Positions 17,646 to 26,635 of a DNA stretch of 32,000 nucleotides are shown here, piece by piece. The position numbers and the translations under genes are program-made. The number at the start of each line of letters is the position of its first letter. The first letter of the stretch is position 1. Below the pieces are notes generated by a model that was given only the letters and a program-made list of their open reading frames with translations, ran no database searches and was not told the DNA's origin. The stretch is from the NCBI RefSeq assembly GCF_003945235.1, contig NZ_RSDW01000001.1, positions 4,650,001 through 4,682,000 of the forward strand. The letters are read 5' to 3'. This DNA is from Edaphobacter aggregans (GTDB lineage Bacteria; Acidobacteriota; Terriglobia; Terriglobales; Acidobacteriaceae).

Positions 17646-20600
17646 CTATTTTGAGCCACCCATGGAGTACACGGTGATTGGCAGCAGAACCGGCTTGCCG
17701 GTGGATGGCGTTGCGATAAGTGTCTTGCTACCTGCTGAGGCGGTGACTTGGGTGGAGACGAGAACAGTGAGTGAAGTTTTATCCTTGGCGAGAATGGTGA
17801 GCGGGATGTTTTCAAAGGTGACGGTGGAGATGGACGTAAAGTCTTGTCCCTTGAAGACGACAGAGAGGGAATCTCCCTTGGAGAGCTGGGAGGGCGTAGC
17901 GGTTATTTTTCCGGAAGTGGAATCGGCGTCCTGCTTTTTCAGGGATATGTCCCATTCCTGCTGAATGCCGGTAGCGACCGGGTCGTTCCAGACGAGACGC
18001 AAAGGCGTGTCGGTTGTCAGTGGGCCAATTGGGCCGATCAGCGCTGAGTAGTCGTCGAGAACCACAAATTTGTCTGGATCGATGTTCTGCAGAAGCACTG
18101 GGGCTTTCGGTGAGACCATCTGCAAACAGGACGGTGCTGTCTTTAGGCAGTCACGAGTTTTGATTTGCAGCATGCCCGTACCGGTGACTTCATACCACGC
18201 AGGAGATGGCGGAGGGGTGCCCTTTTGGGTAGACGTGGGCGGCCTAGGCAGCTTCGTAGAATTTGCTACCGGCGCGTTCGCCGCTCTCGCTGACGTGGAG
18301 CTGTTAGCTTGCCCAGACTTTGGGGAATTGTTCGCGCCCGTAGCGGGCTTGGGTGGATTCAGCTGCGATTGTTGAACCTGCGGAGTATCGGAGGATTGGG
18401 GCGTAGTTGTGTCGACAGCAAGGCTTTGAACGGCGGTGAAGGTTGGGCCAACTGCAATGGGGGCGATGACCGGGTGCGCGGTCCAGGCTAGATCGCGCAC
18501 AACGACGGCAGGATTGGCGGTGATGGAATCCGTTTTCGCTATAAAGCGAATATTGACCTTTGTGGGGTTCTGCTGGTCTGGAGTTGGCACGGTTGTGAAG
18601 AGATACGGGTGGGTGGTCAGACCGTAGACGTCAGTCCCCTGGAGTATGAGCGCGGCGTTGGCGAGTTGGTTTTGGGTGCGAGCTTTGCCGTATGTTAGGT
18701 CGACGGAAACGAGAGAATTTCCGCTACTTGATGGGACTGCCTCTGCCGTGACCGTGTTGAGAGTGCAATCACCGGATGTGATTGTTGAGTTGGTAAGGGA
18801 GGAGGTATTGGTGTTTACGAATGGAGATGTATTGCCGGATGTACCGATAAGGCTAATATCTGCTGCAGCAATGATGGAACTCGTGGGCGCTTGCACCTGC
18901 AATAAAGTCTCGTCGCCCGCGACAAAGTCGGGAGCGCGCTGCGTAGTGCCGATCCGTACCTGTAGGTTTGGATCGAGGAAGGCGCCTTTAGTTTCGATCA
19001 ATAGATTGCCGCTACCAGCATCGACCCAGTTCATATCTGAAATAGTCGGCTTTTTAAAGAGCGGGGACTGGTTCGGTAATTCGCGCCAGGAACAACTGTC
19101 GCGATAGGTTCTGCCTGCGACCTGATGTTCCTGGTCATACTCACGCCAGCGCGTCTGCACAAAAATGCGAGGTTGAAGATCCGTCTGATTAAGCGCGACC
19201 TGAGCAAAGACCAGCCGTTGTCCCGGATCCGGATACGATTCACCGAGAACCGGGCGAAACTGCCAACCGAAAATCAACACGTTGTCTGCGTCATAGTCAG
19301 GGCCGAGCTTCTTCAAATTGTTGGGAAGATCTGAGCTGCATTCTCCAACGGGCGAAAGATTGTGGAAGTCGTGAATGATAGAGGAACGGCCGTCCTTGTC
19401 GACGTTCGTGTCGAAGCCCGGATCCTGTAAGGCAACTGTGTCAGTATCTTTAACCAGATAGAGCGTGCTCTTTGATTTGCCTCCGTTGACGCCAATGCCG
19501 AGCGCCTCGATGGCTACGCCTGCGCCGAATTGTTTTGTATTTGTGGTCACACGGGCAACGTTATATGTGCGCGCCTGAGGGAATAGATTCATCAGGCTCA
19601 TACGGTCGTCTTGCTTGGCATGAGGAACGAGAATGACACGGACTTCTGCAAGAGCGTTTTTGTATGGAAGGAAGCCGGAAATTGTTACCGGGAAAGCGAG
19701 AGTCATCTGGCGCCGGATTCCTGTTACCGCACCACTGCTGTTGACGGCATAGTTGTCACTGACAGTGCCGTTGTAGAGAAGCTGATACATCGTCAATTCA
19801 GAATTCAATTGCACCTGCTGAGAAAGAGCGTCTAGCGGATTGATCCCGACGTTTGTCGGAACGGACGGTGCAGTTGCTCCCGTTGGAACTGAAGGGACTG
19901 ACGCAGTAAATGCAGGAACAGTTTGAGTGATCTGGACTGAATTAGTGCCGGGGTTCGTCTGAATGGAAGTGACAGTGGCGTTTCCTGTCGAGGCGGTGCC
20001 GTTGTTCGCAGTGCAAGTTACGCCATTGCCCGTAGCGATTGCTGCTGCCGTGAATCCGGATGGGCATTGCGCAGTGTATTGATTTTGTGTTGTGGAAGTC
20101 GGGGAATTGTTGGTGACGATCTGTGCGCCGGGTGTGCCTGCGTTGTTGAGTTGCCCGGCAATATAGCTGTTGGCATTCGTGCTGCCTTGTATGGCTCCGT
20201 ACTGGCTAGTGATTTGCGATGCGCTCCAAGGATTGATTCCAGCCAAGGCCTGTACCGCAGCATTGAGTTTCTGCTTCAGCCAGAGTTGGTCGACGGCCTT
20301 GGCCTCTCCCAGGGTAATATTGGCGTCGATTGGCTGCTTGGCTTTTAGAAGCGTAGAGCCTGAAACAAGCGCCGTACTCGAGGCTGCCACGACGATACCG
20401 CTTAAGGAGTCGACCGAGCAGCCAGTTCCCGGAACCAGAGCTGTAACCGGAGTGCCGGCCTGTAGAGTTCCAGGCGCTACGGATACACCGTTCACGAGAA
20501 CATTCACCGCCTTATCCGACTTAATTTGTAACGTATCGGAATCTGGCACGAAAAAGTCGCTTAGCTTCTGCGCGGCCGGACCGGTGAGGATAAGTTTGTT

Positions 20601-20819
20601 TTGCTGGGGGGCCGGGGGTGGTGTCTGTGGCTGCTGAGCAGGCGAAGCTACGGTCTGCGCAGCTGGCGTTTTCTTCGGCTTCTTTTTCGGTTTGGCCGCG
20701 GGGATTGTCTGCTGAGTTGATGGTGGAGCAGGCTGGGACGCCGCGCTGCTTTGAGCAGATGCAATTCCAGATAAGATGACGCAGGACAACACTACTGACA
20801 AGTGCGCATTCCTCAACAT
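17646..20819 (-). CDS. Large secreted orphan protein (~1057 aa) with Pro/Lys-rich linker and C-terminal IPT/TIG-like Ig domain
   Basis: Preferred start MLRNAHLSVVLSCVILSGIASAQS (ATG 20819), a Sec signal. Next comes PAPPSTQQTIPAAKPKKKPKKTPAAQ...PPPAPQQ, then a long T/S/N/Q-rich beta-type sequence. The C-terminus KITATPSQLSKGDSLSVVFKGQDFTSISTVTFENIPLTILAKDKTSLTVLVS resembles IPT/TIG. Confidence 0.75.
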   Translation of the reverse strand: MLRNAHLSVVLSCVILSGIASAQSSAASQPAPPSTQQTIPAAKPKKKPKKTPAAQTVASPAQQPQTPPPAPQQNKLILTGPAAQKLSDFFVPDSDTLQIKSDKAVNVLVNGVSVAPGTLQAGTPVTALVPGTGCSVDSLSGIVVAASSTALVSGSTLLKAKQPIDANITLGEAKAVDQLWLKQKLNAAVQALAGINPWSASQITSQYGAIQGSTNANSYIAGQLNNAGTPGAQIVTNNSPTSTTQNQYTAQCPSGFTAAAIATGNGVTCTANNGTASTGNATVTSIQTNPGTNSVQITQTVPAFTASVPSVPTGATAPSVPTNVGINPLDALSQQVQLNSELTMYQLLYNGTVSDNYAVNSSGAVTGIRRQMTLAFPVTISGFLPYKNALAEVRVILVPHAKQDDRMSLMNLFPQARTYNVARVTTNTKQFGAGVAIEALGIGVNGGKSKSTLYLVKDTDTVALQDPGFDTNVDKDGRSSIIHDFHNLSPVGECSSDLPNNLKKLGPDYDADNVLIFGWQFRPVLGESYPDPGQRLVFAQVALNQTDLQPRIFVQTRWREYDQEHQVAGRTYRDSCSWRELPNQSPLFKKPTISDMNWVDAGSGNLLIETKGAFLDPNLQVRIGTTQRAPDFVAGDETLLQVQAPTSSIIAAADISLIGTSGNTSPFVNTNTSSLTNSTITSGDCTLNTVTAEAVPSSSGNSLVSVDLTYGKARTQNQLANAALILQGTDVYGLTTHPYLFTTVPTPDQQNPTKVNIRFIAKTDSITANPAVVVRDLAWTAHPVIAPIAVGPTFTAVQSLAVDTTTPQSSDTPQVQQSQLNPPKPATGANNSPKSGQANSSTSARAANAPVANSTKLPRPPTSTQKGTPPPSPAWYEVTGTGMLQIKTRDCLKTAPSCLQMVSPKAPVLLQNIDPDKFVVLDDYSALIGPIGPLTTDTPLRLVWNDPVATGIQQEWDISLKKQDADSTSGKITATPSQLSKGDSLSVVFKGQDFTSISTVTFENIPLTILAKDKTSLTVLVSTQVTASAGSKTLIATPSTGKPVLLPITVYSMGGSK

Positions 20820-21506
20820 GCAAGCACCACCCCACACGCTTTCCATTAAAAGTCAGGACTCTGACGGTTGTCGGCAATCATAACATGCGGATACACATAG
20901 TCTTCCTGGTTCGTCTTCTCGATGAAGAGAAATTGCTTTTGTTGGTCTTCCCGGGTATGCAGAACGCTTGGCGAGAGTAAACTACCGCCTCATGCCGTCT
21001 GTATGGTAGCCATATGGATTACCTAAACAGGGCTTAGCATGTTTTCAGATTCTGGCTGGAAACGCGATTTGGCAGTCGGTGACGAAACTTTTCGCGCCAC
21101 TTCCGAGAGGCGCGTTTGCCGGCACAATCTCGTCCAAAGGAGGGCACGAAGCCGTGAGATCTTGATCTCCGCGACTCATGGTCTTGGAGGAAATGAGACT
21201 TAATGAATTGATGGCCTCATATCAGCGCGAGGCGCGTAAGTGCGAAAGGCTCATCGAAAAGTGCACAGGCGATTTTGACATCATATGAAGTTTACGGTGC
21301 CTCGTCTGAGCGTCCCCTTATGTGTTTTTTGCCACAGAACGCCCAGCAATCAAAAGCCCTTGCGCACCCTTAAACAGATCTATGATCCTGCCTTCCTTGA
21401 TTTTTGATTGTCGTCAATTTTGGAGTTCCATGGCCTCCAACCAAGACAAGACTATATTTCATATTGCGCCCCGATAACTTGAGATAGATACTCGTTGAAC
21501 GTGAAT

Positions 21507-24497
21507 ATGCGATCAGCCGATGACGATGTCCCCAAAATTACCAGGCGAACAGTACTGACAACTGGCTGCGCAGCTCTGGCTTCCACTTTCATTGCGTTCC
21601 ATCCGAACCAACTTCTTGCGGATGAACCCGTCAAGGGAAAGCTGTCTATTTCGGACGCACAGCTCGCAACTTCGGGGTTCGCACTCAGCACCATCACTGA
21701 CCCGGCGAAGCGACAACGGGCCATCAATACGCTATTCTTTTGCTGGGCCAGTCTCAGTCAGGCGAAACCATCGGATAAAGAGCGTATCACTGCCCAGGTG
21801 AATCAGGAACTTACCGCGAACCAAGATCTCGGCGAAGTTTTTGGTAAGATGCAGGCCTTCTTAAACGACGGTAATTTCTTCAGCATTGCCGATCAACCTC
21901 TTGCTGTGGAGTTCTACAAGTCGCTACCGCTTTTCACGGGCTTGTTTGACGCTCCTCTTGGTGCGGCAATTTCCTTCACTTCGGACCTTGCCGCGTCGCC
22001 CGACTATGGGAGTGTGCCGGATACAAGGCTCGACGCAATCGGCGCAATCGCACTCGGCCAAGTTCAGGCGCTTCTCGATATCAATGGCGCTGCTATAGCG
22101 CCCCTCAATCAAAGCGGCCTGCACGTTAATCTTGGCCTGGACTTCGATATCACCAAACAAGCGGCTCAAAAGGTGGAGAAGCTGCCTAGCGACCAAGCGA
22201 CGGCGGCTCAAACTCCGACAGGTACGATCGACGTAACGACAACTCTGTCGAATGTGACGCAGGCAACAGGCAAAGTAAACGATACGTTCTCAGCTGCAGT
22301 ATCTAACGCGCAGTCTGCGCCTGACCCTGCTGTTGCGCTGAAGGTGGCTCAAGAGCAATATGCAAAGCAGATGAACGAAGTCAGAGGAGGAGTGGCAGTC
22401 GCTGCATTTATCGCTGGAGACATCTTTGGTGACTCAAAAGCAGCAAAAGTTATATCCACAGCGGGCACGGCTGCCGTGAACATTGCTTCTGCAATCGGGC
22501 TATTCGCCCAAGGTGCGACGGGTCCACTAGGTCTAGCCTCGTCGCTGTTGGGCGGATTTCAGACGATCAGTTCATTGTTCGGTGGGCCTGAAGGCCCAAC
22601 GGTGGACCAACTCATATTGCGGGGTCTCAACGGGCTTAGCTCCCAGATAACATCTTTCTGGAAAGACATGGACTCACGATTGTCTGCGATCCAAAAGCAA
22701 CAATCCCTAACATTAGACACACTTCAAACTATTTACTCGGCGCTGCTCTCAACGGGCCAACTCCTCAGTCAGCAATTACAAACAATCGAGAGTCAGCTCT
22801 TACATCTTACGCAGCTTGACTTAGATCTCAATCGAGATAATTACAAAGCTTCTCTTCAAAAAAGTGCAAATGCTGTTGCTCTTAGCGCACCTCTCGCAGG
22901 GGGGTCTGATTACCAAGGAATCTATAACTCTTTCCTCACCGCTGTAAATGATGCTTATACATATGCTACAAGCTACTGTCTTCAATCTGAATTTACAGGC
23001 TCGCTCGCCGGCTATGACAATCCGTCAGGGCAAGCTCTGATTGATCGAATTAATGCCAATCCTGACTCGAATAACCTCATTGCTATTGCTGCACAAATTG
23101 CGCAGGAGTATGGACTAACGGTTAGCTCCGTAGGAATGCTGCCGAATCCGAATGAATATTCTCGAGGTGCGAGACTGTTTATTCAAATGAATGCCAAGTC
23201 TCTCCAAATGAGAATTGAGCCCCATATGCCCTGGTATAAAAGGCTATTTCTTTTCGGGAGACCGGGAAAGCTAAAGCTTCTCTATGAAGATCTTGACGCG
23301 CAAATGCCAAGCCGCTACTCGACGATTCGATCTTTTGGACTCGCCCTGCGCTCAGCCGTCATTCAAGATCTCACAAGCACTCAAATTGCCTTATTTGCAG
23401 GCGCAGCTTATTTGGAGAGTTTCTGCGCAGACACCGCATTCCGAAGTTTGCCAGGGGCCAATGCGTTGCCGGCCGCACTTGACTCATCGAAAACCGTTTG
23501 CGCGATGATCAAGCCCGTATTTGATAGCTTTGTAGCTGCAAACGTATTGCCTTATAAGGCTGTGCCGGGGCCCACAGTCGGAGTGGCTGAAATGACCCAA
23601 TATAACGCAATTGCGTCGTCCAGAGCGTTCGGTGGTCCGCAAGGCGGCGGAGGGAAATTCACAAATAATCCTTTTGACCGTGGTCAAGCAGTCGGCGCTA
23701 TAGTTCTAACCCAAATCGCTGATTATCAATACTCAAAAAGTGTTCAAATCAAAGCCTACAAAGTTACTTCTCAGCTTACCGGCGCTCCGATCGTGCCGGG
23801 TAAAATTGCTTTAAACTACATTTACGCTTTGGACCCCGGCCAAACGCTATCCCCCGGATATTGGCTAGCGCCAGGAGAAACTAGTCCAAATATTTGGGCG
23901 TCTTGGCCCGACAATGGAGAATACAATGGGCCAAACGGTCCTCCGCGACCAAAAGCGTCTGATCCGATACCGAACTTAGATTTCACAGCGTTTCTTGATG
24001 CATCGCAAAATGTACTATTCACGGAGTATTTCACGAAGATGATGAATACTCAGTTCGCTGGATATGTAAAATCGCAGCTGAATGACACTCAATTATCTGG
24101 GTTTGTTCAAGCAGCAACTCGGCACAGACTGATTGCTACGTTCATATCCCGAAGGAGTGTTTACTCTGAAGTGTCTAGGAAGACGAGTTCCGATCCTACT
24201 AGCCCTGATTATGGCTCTGATGAAAGCTGCTCAATTTTCAATGTGGGTGGCTGGTATAACACCGATGATATCTGCAACGGGATAGAAAAGACGATCAAGA
24301 GTATGGACAATTCTATTGCCTACACTGATTGGTGGGATAAGCTCCAGGCTGAACTGGCACAACGGTTGCGTTCAGGATTGTTGGATATATTCCACAAAGC
24401 TCAGATGTGCGATCCTCAGCGCTCCTTTCCGGCGATCGACGACACTCTAAGGCAGCTAGCGACGGTAGCGAAGCTGCAAGGGTTATCCGTTCCTTGA
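21507..24497 (+). CDS. Large orphan protein (~996 aa) with twin-arginine (Tat)-type signal and internal Gly/Ala/Ser-rich hydrophobic segment
   Basis: MRSADDDVPKITRRTVLTTGCAALASTFIAF has a T-R-R-x-V-L motif plus an h-region. The sequence is mostly helical-looking, with Q/L heptad stretches (LSAIQKQQSLTLDTLQTIYSALLSTGQLLSQQLQTIESQLLHL). I recognise no family. The track start is TTG 21495; ATG 21507 is preferred. Confidence 0.75.
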   Translation: MRSADDDVPKITRRTVLTTGCAALASTFIAFHPNQLLADEPVKGKLSISDAQLATSGFALSTITDPAKRQRAINTLFFCWASLSQAKPSDKERITAQVNQELTANQDLGEVFGKMQAFLNDGNFFSIADQPLAVEFYKSLPLFTGLFDAPLGAAISFTSDLAASPDYGSVPDTRLDAIGAIALGQVQALLDINGAAIAPLNQSGLHVNLGLDFDITKQAAQKVEKLPSDQATAAQTPTGTIDVTTTLSNVTQATGKVNDTFSAAVSNAQSAPDPAVALKVAQEQYAKQMNEVRGGVAVAAFIAGDIFGDSKAAKVISTAGTAAVNIASAIGLFAQGATGPLGLASSLLGGFQTISSLFGGPEGPTVDQLILRGLNGLSSQITSFWKDMDSRLSAIQKQQSLTLDTLQTIYSALLSTGQLLSQQLQTIESQLLHLTQLDLDLNRDNYKASLQKSANAVALSAPLAGGSDYQGIYNSFLTAVNDAYTYATSYCLQSEFTGSLAGYDNPSGQALIDRINANPDSNNLIAIAAQIAQEYGLTVSSVGMLPNPNEYSRGARLFIQMNAKSLQMRIEPHMPWYKRLFLFGRPGKLKLLYEDLDAQMPSRYSTIRSFGLALRSAVIQDLTSTQIALFAGAAYLESFCADTAFRSLPGANALPAALDSSKTVCAMIKPVFDSFVAANVLPYKAVPGPTVGVAEMTQYNAIASSRAFGGPQGGGGKFTNNPFDRGQAVGAIVLTQIADYQYSKSVQIKAYKVTSQLTGAPIVPGKIALNYIYALDPGQTLSPGYWLAPGETSPNIWASWPDNGEYNGPNGPPRPKASDPIPNLDFTAFLDASQNVLFTEYFTKMMNTQFAGYVKSQLNDTQLSGFVQAATRHRLIATFISRRSVYSEVSRKTSSDPTSPDYGSDESCSIFNVGGWYNTDDICNGIEKTIKSMDNSIAYTDWWDKLQAELAQRLRSGLLDIFHKAQMCDPQRSFPAIDDTLRQLATVAKLQGLSVP

Positions 24498-24524
24498 TTG
24501 CACATTGTGTCAGACGAACCATCT

Positions 24525-25098
24525 CTACCTGATCCGTGCTGGCACTCCGTACTCCCGCTTGGCTGCGTCGCGGATTGCACGGACTTGGCTGAGATCCATA
24601 CGAGAGACGATCTGGCAACGAATCAAATAACGGCTATGCGCGTCGGTGATGGTGAACGGATCGCAGCGCTTGCCGTCGCCGGTAGCGAAATAACCCTTGA
24701 AATCCATGCACCATAGCTGATTTGGACCCGTGACCAGAGAGAACGGCTGAGAGCATGGCGTCGTGCGTTTTCTCTTCTTCTGGGGACTAGTTAAGCCTGC
24801 ACGGACTCAAAATGTTGCCAAACGTACTAGCTGCAGGCCACACCATGTCTGGCTGTAGCGTTTCTAGGCTTGCGTTGAGCTTCCGCGCGCTCCAAGAAGG
24901 ATGCTTGGCACGAAGCACTCTACAGAATGCCATTTAGGATCACGAACACGTGGTCTGTACTCTTCTAAAAGACCCCTGCGGAGTTTCTGCAAGTCTCCCA
25001 TCTGAAAGCTCCAGTTCGTTTCGACGTTCCTATGGCGGTAAGTCTCCCTCGGGGGCTCACTTACAACTTTCTGAAAGACGATCAGCCCGATCATTCTC
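24525..25098 (-). pseudogene. IS481-family (rve/DDE integrase) transposase remnant, frameshifted and 3'-truncated
   Basis: Minus-strand pieces lie in different frames: PSWSARKLNASLETLQPDMVWPAASTFGNILSPCRLN*, then GLTSPQKKRKRTTPCSQPFSLVTGPNQLWCMDFKGYFATGDGKRCDPFTITDAHSRYLIRCQIVSRMDLSQVRAIRDAAKREYGVPARIR*. The pattern HP.WG.RK...WP..ST...IL / PNQLWC.DFKG.F....G..C.PLT..D..SR.LL.C matches IS481-type transposases as I recall them. The expected (S/T)DNG.PF continuation and the rest of the catalytic core are missing. The 5' limit is uncertain. Confidence 0.65.
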
Positions 25099-25902
25099 TT
25101 ATCCAATTTTTGCAGCATCCATATGAATCTCGCCCTTCAGCACCTTCCGCTCTACGTCGCTCAATCTAAGCTCCGTCGTCTTTATTAGCCAAAAGACGCC
25201 GAACGCCATGATACCGAGTGCTTCGATCCAGAAGTGGAAGATCGTGTGCTTGCTGTTAATCGTAAAAAAGAGAGCCGTAAGGGGGGAAGTCACCATGGCT
25301 ATACCACATACTCTGTACGCCAGTTTGTAGTATGCAATCTTCTTATCGCGGTCAGGCATGACAGGAAAGTATTTCAGGGTCTTGCTGGAGCAGAACCAGC
25401 ATACGAAGGCTAGGCACACGAAAAATGTAAATGCCGAGGCACTGTGGATCGGAAAGCCTCCGCTCTTTACCCTCTCCCACGGCATGGGGTTCAGGGCCAC
25501 CAAGGCCGCAGCGACACCCGCAATATCCAGGGCAACATCTTCCCAATAACTGAATCCCTTCATGAAGAGCATCACGGCCCCGATCACGAAGAGCAAGCCG
25601 ACGAAGGTGTTTCGCATCGGTCCTCCACCTTTAACAAGGTCACCCGTCGGACATCCCTCGTTGTGTTTCGGGTCGTAGCAGTCTGCGGTCGCGTGGTAGT
25701 AGGCGCTCATCGAGGGGGCGAGGGGGATCTGGTAGAGATGCCCCCCGCCCCAGAGGACGAATGGGAACACCAGCCCAACGATGCCGACCCATACCCGCAG
25801 TCTGACGAAAGTGGACATCATGTAGTTTTGGATCGGTGTTATAGCTGACGTTGATTTGGAGACGGGTTTATGACCAGTGGTGTCGCGCTCGTTTGATGAC
25901 AC
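25099..25902 (-). CDS. Polytopic integral membrane protein (6-7 TM), family not recognised
   Basis: 267 aa with hydrophobic segments VWVGIVGLVFPFVLW, FVGLLFVIGAVMLFM, IAGVAAALVALNP, AFTFFVCLAFVCWF, VCGIAMVTSPLTALFF and ALGIMAFGVFWLI. The start could instead be the internal MMSTF. The 3' end abuts or overlaps the IS remnant. Confidence 0.7.
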   Translation of the reverse strand: MSSNERDTTGHKPVSKSTSAITPIQNYMMSTFVRLRVWVGIVGLVFPFVLWGGGHLYQIPLAPSMSAYYHATADCYDPKHNEGCPTGDLVKGGGPMRNTFVGLLFVIGAVMLFMKGFSYWEDVALDIAGVAAALVALNPMPWERVKSGGFPIHSASAFTFFVCLAFVCWFCSSKTLKYFPVMPDRDKKIAYYKLAYRVCGIAMVTSPLTALFFTINSKHTIFHFWIEALGIMAFGVFWLIKTTELRLSDVERKVLKGEIHMDAAKIG

Positions 25903-26084
25903 GGTCTGAACTCCTCCTGCTCTGCGTATGTGTTCAGCGGCTTAGCTACACATTTGAGCATAGATAGGCGTGTCAGGAAAATTATTTCAAAGAATAGTTG
26001 CCCGTCCTCACCACCCCCGAACAAGGATGGCTAGAAGAAGACATCGCCCTTTCTCGGGGTTGTTACCTTGCTCAAGCGCTCGTT

Positions 26085-26285
26085 TTATGAAGGGTCGAAC
26101 TTTATGGTCACTTCATAATTCGGCTTGATGTTTCGGGGCGGCTTGATGCGTTTTGCCGCATTATCATCCATCCAGCGCCGATCCTTGCAGAAGCCGCAGA
26201 ATTGCGGCAGCAATTGCAGTTCTTTAGACGACGTAATCGACTTGAGCTTAAGAAGTTTCCAAGATCGTGTCCTAGGGTTGTGCAT
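26085..26285 (-). CDS. Hypothetical small protein (66 aa), weak call
   Basis: This ORF is more protein-like than the overlapping 26108..26314 frame (…ELQLLPQFCGFCKDRRWMDDNAAKRIKPPRNIKPNYEVTIKFDPS). It is co-directional with the 353-aa gene. No homology recognised. Confidence 0.3.
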   Translation of the reverse strand: MHNPRTRSWKLLKLKSITSSKELQLLPQFCGFCKDRRWMDDNAAKRIKPPRNIKPNYEVTIKFDPS

Positions 26286-26307
26286 TTGCGCTTGATAGCG
26301 GCTCTAT

Positions 26308-26538
26308 CTAACAAGTTGCATTTTCGAGCGCTTTGGCTATGAGCGCCAAGTATGATTTGTCAATTTGATCTGTGAAACTCCAACTGACACGCGGAGGATT
26401 GATTCCATCGCCGGCACCCATGGTGGGGCTGTTGTGGGTACCCGTATGACCGAGTTCGACTCCGTTACTGTCGTAGAAATGCACCGTAGCGTGCCATACA
26501 TCGCCGGACATAGTCTTATTCGTGTGACCCCGCTCCAA
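26308..26538 (-). CDS. Hypothetical small protein (67-76 aa), possibly the frameshifted 3' part of a longer gene starting near 26615
   Basis: …MSGDVWHATVHFYDSNGVELGHTGTHNSPTMGAGDGINPPRVSWSFTDQIDKSYLALIAKALE looks like a real beta-rich polypeptide. The overlapping ORF 26337..26615 is only plausible for its first ~25 codons (MDKFTSIIEFGHVLRLDNHTGIV). Confidence 0.35.
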   Translation of the reverse strand: MERGHTNKTMSGDVWHATVHFYDSNGVELGHTGTHNSPTMGAGDGINPPRVSWSFTDQIDKSYLALIAKALENATC

Positions 26539-26635
26539 GACACTATGCCTGTGTGATTATCTAGGCGTAACACATGGCCAAATTCGATAATGCTGGTGAA
26601 CTTGTCCATTCGCACGGCGAGGAGTTTATCAGCTT

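Noticed and set aside
21178-21288. 36-aa plus-strand ORF (MVLEEMRLNELMASYQREARKCERLIEKCTGDFDII) in the divergent intergenic region of the giant genes.
   Set aside because: It is below any reasonable calling threshold and has no supporting signal. The region is more likely promoter or regulatory DNA.
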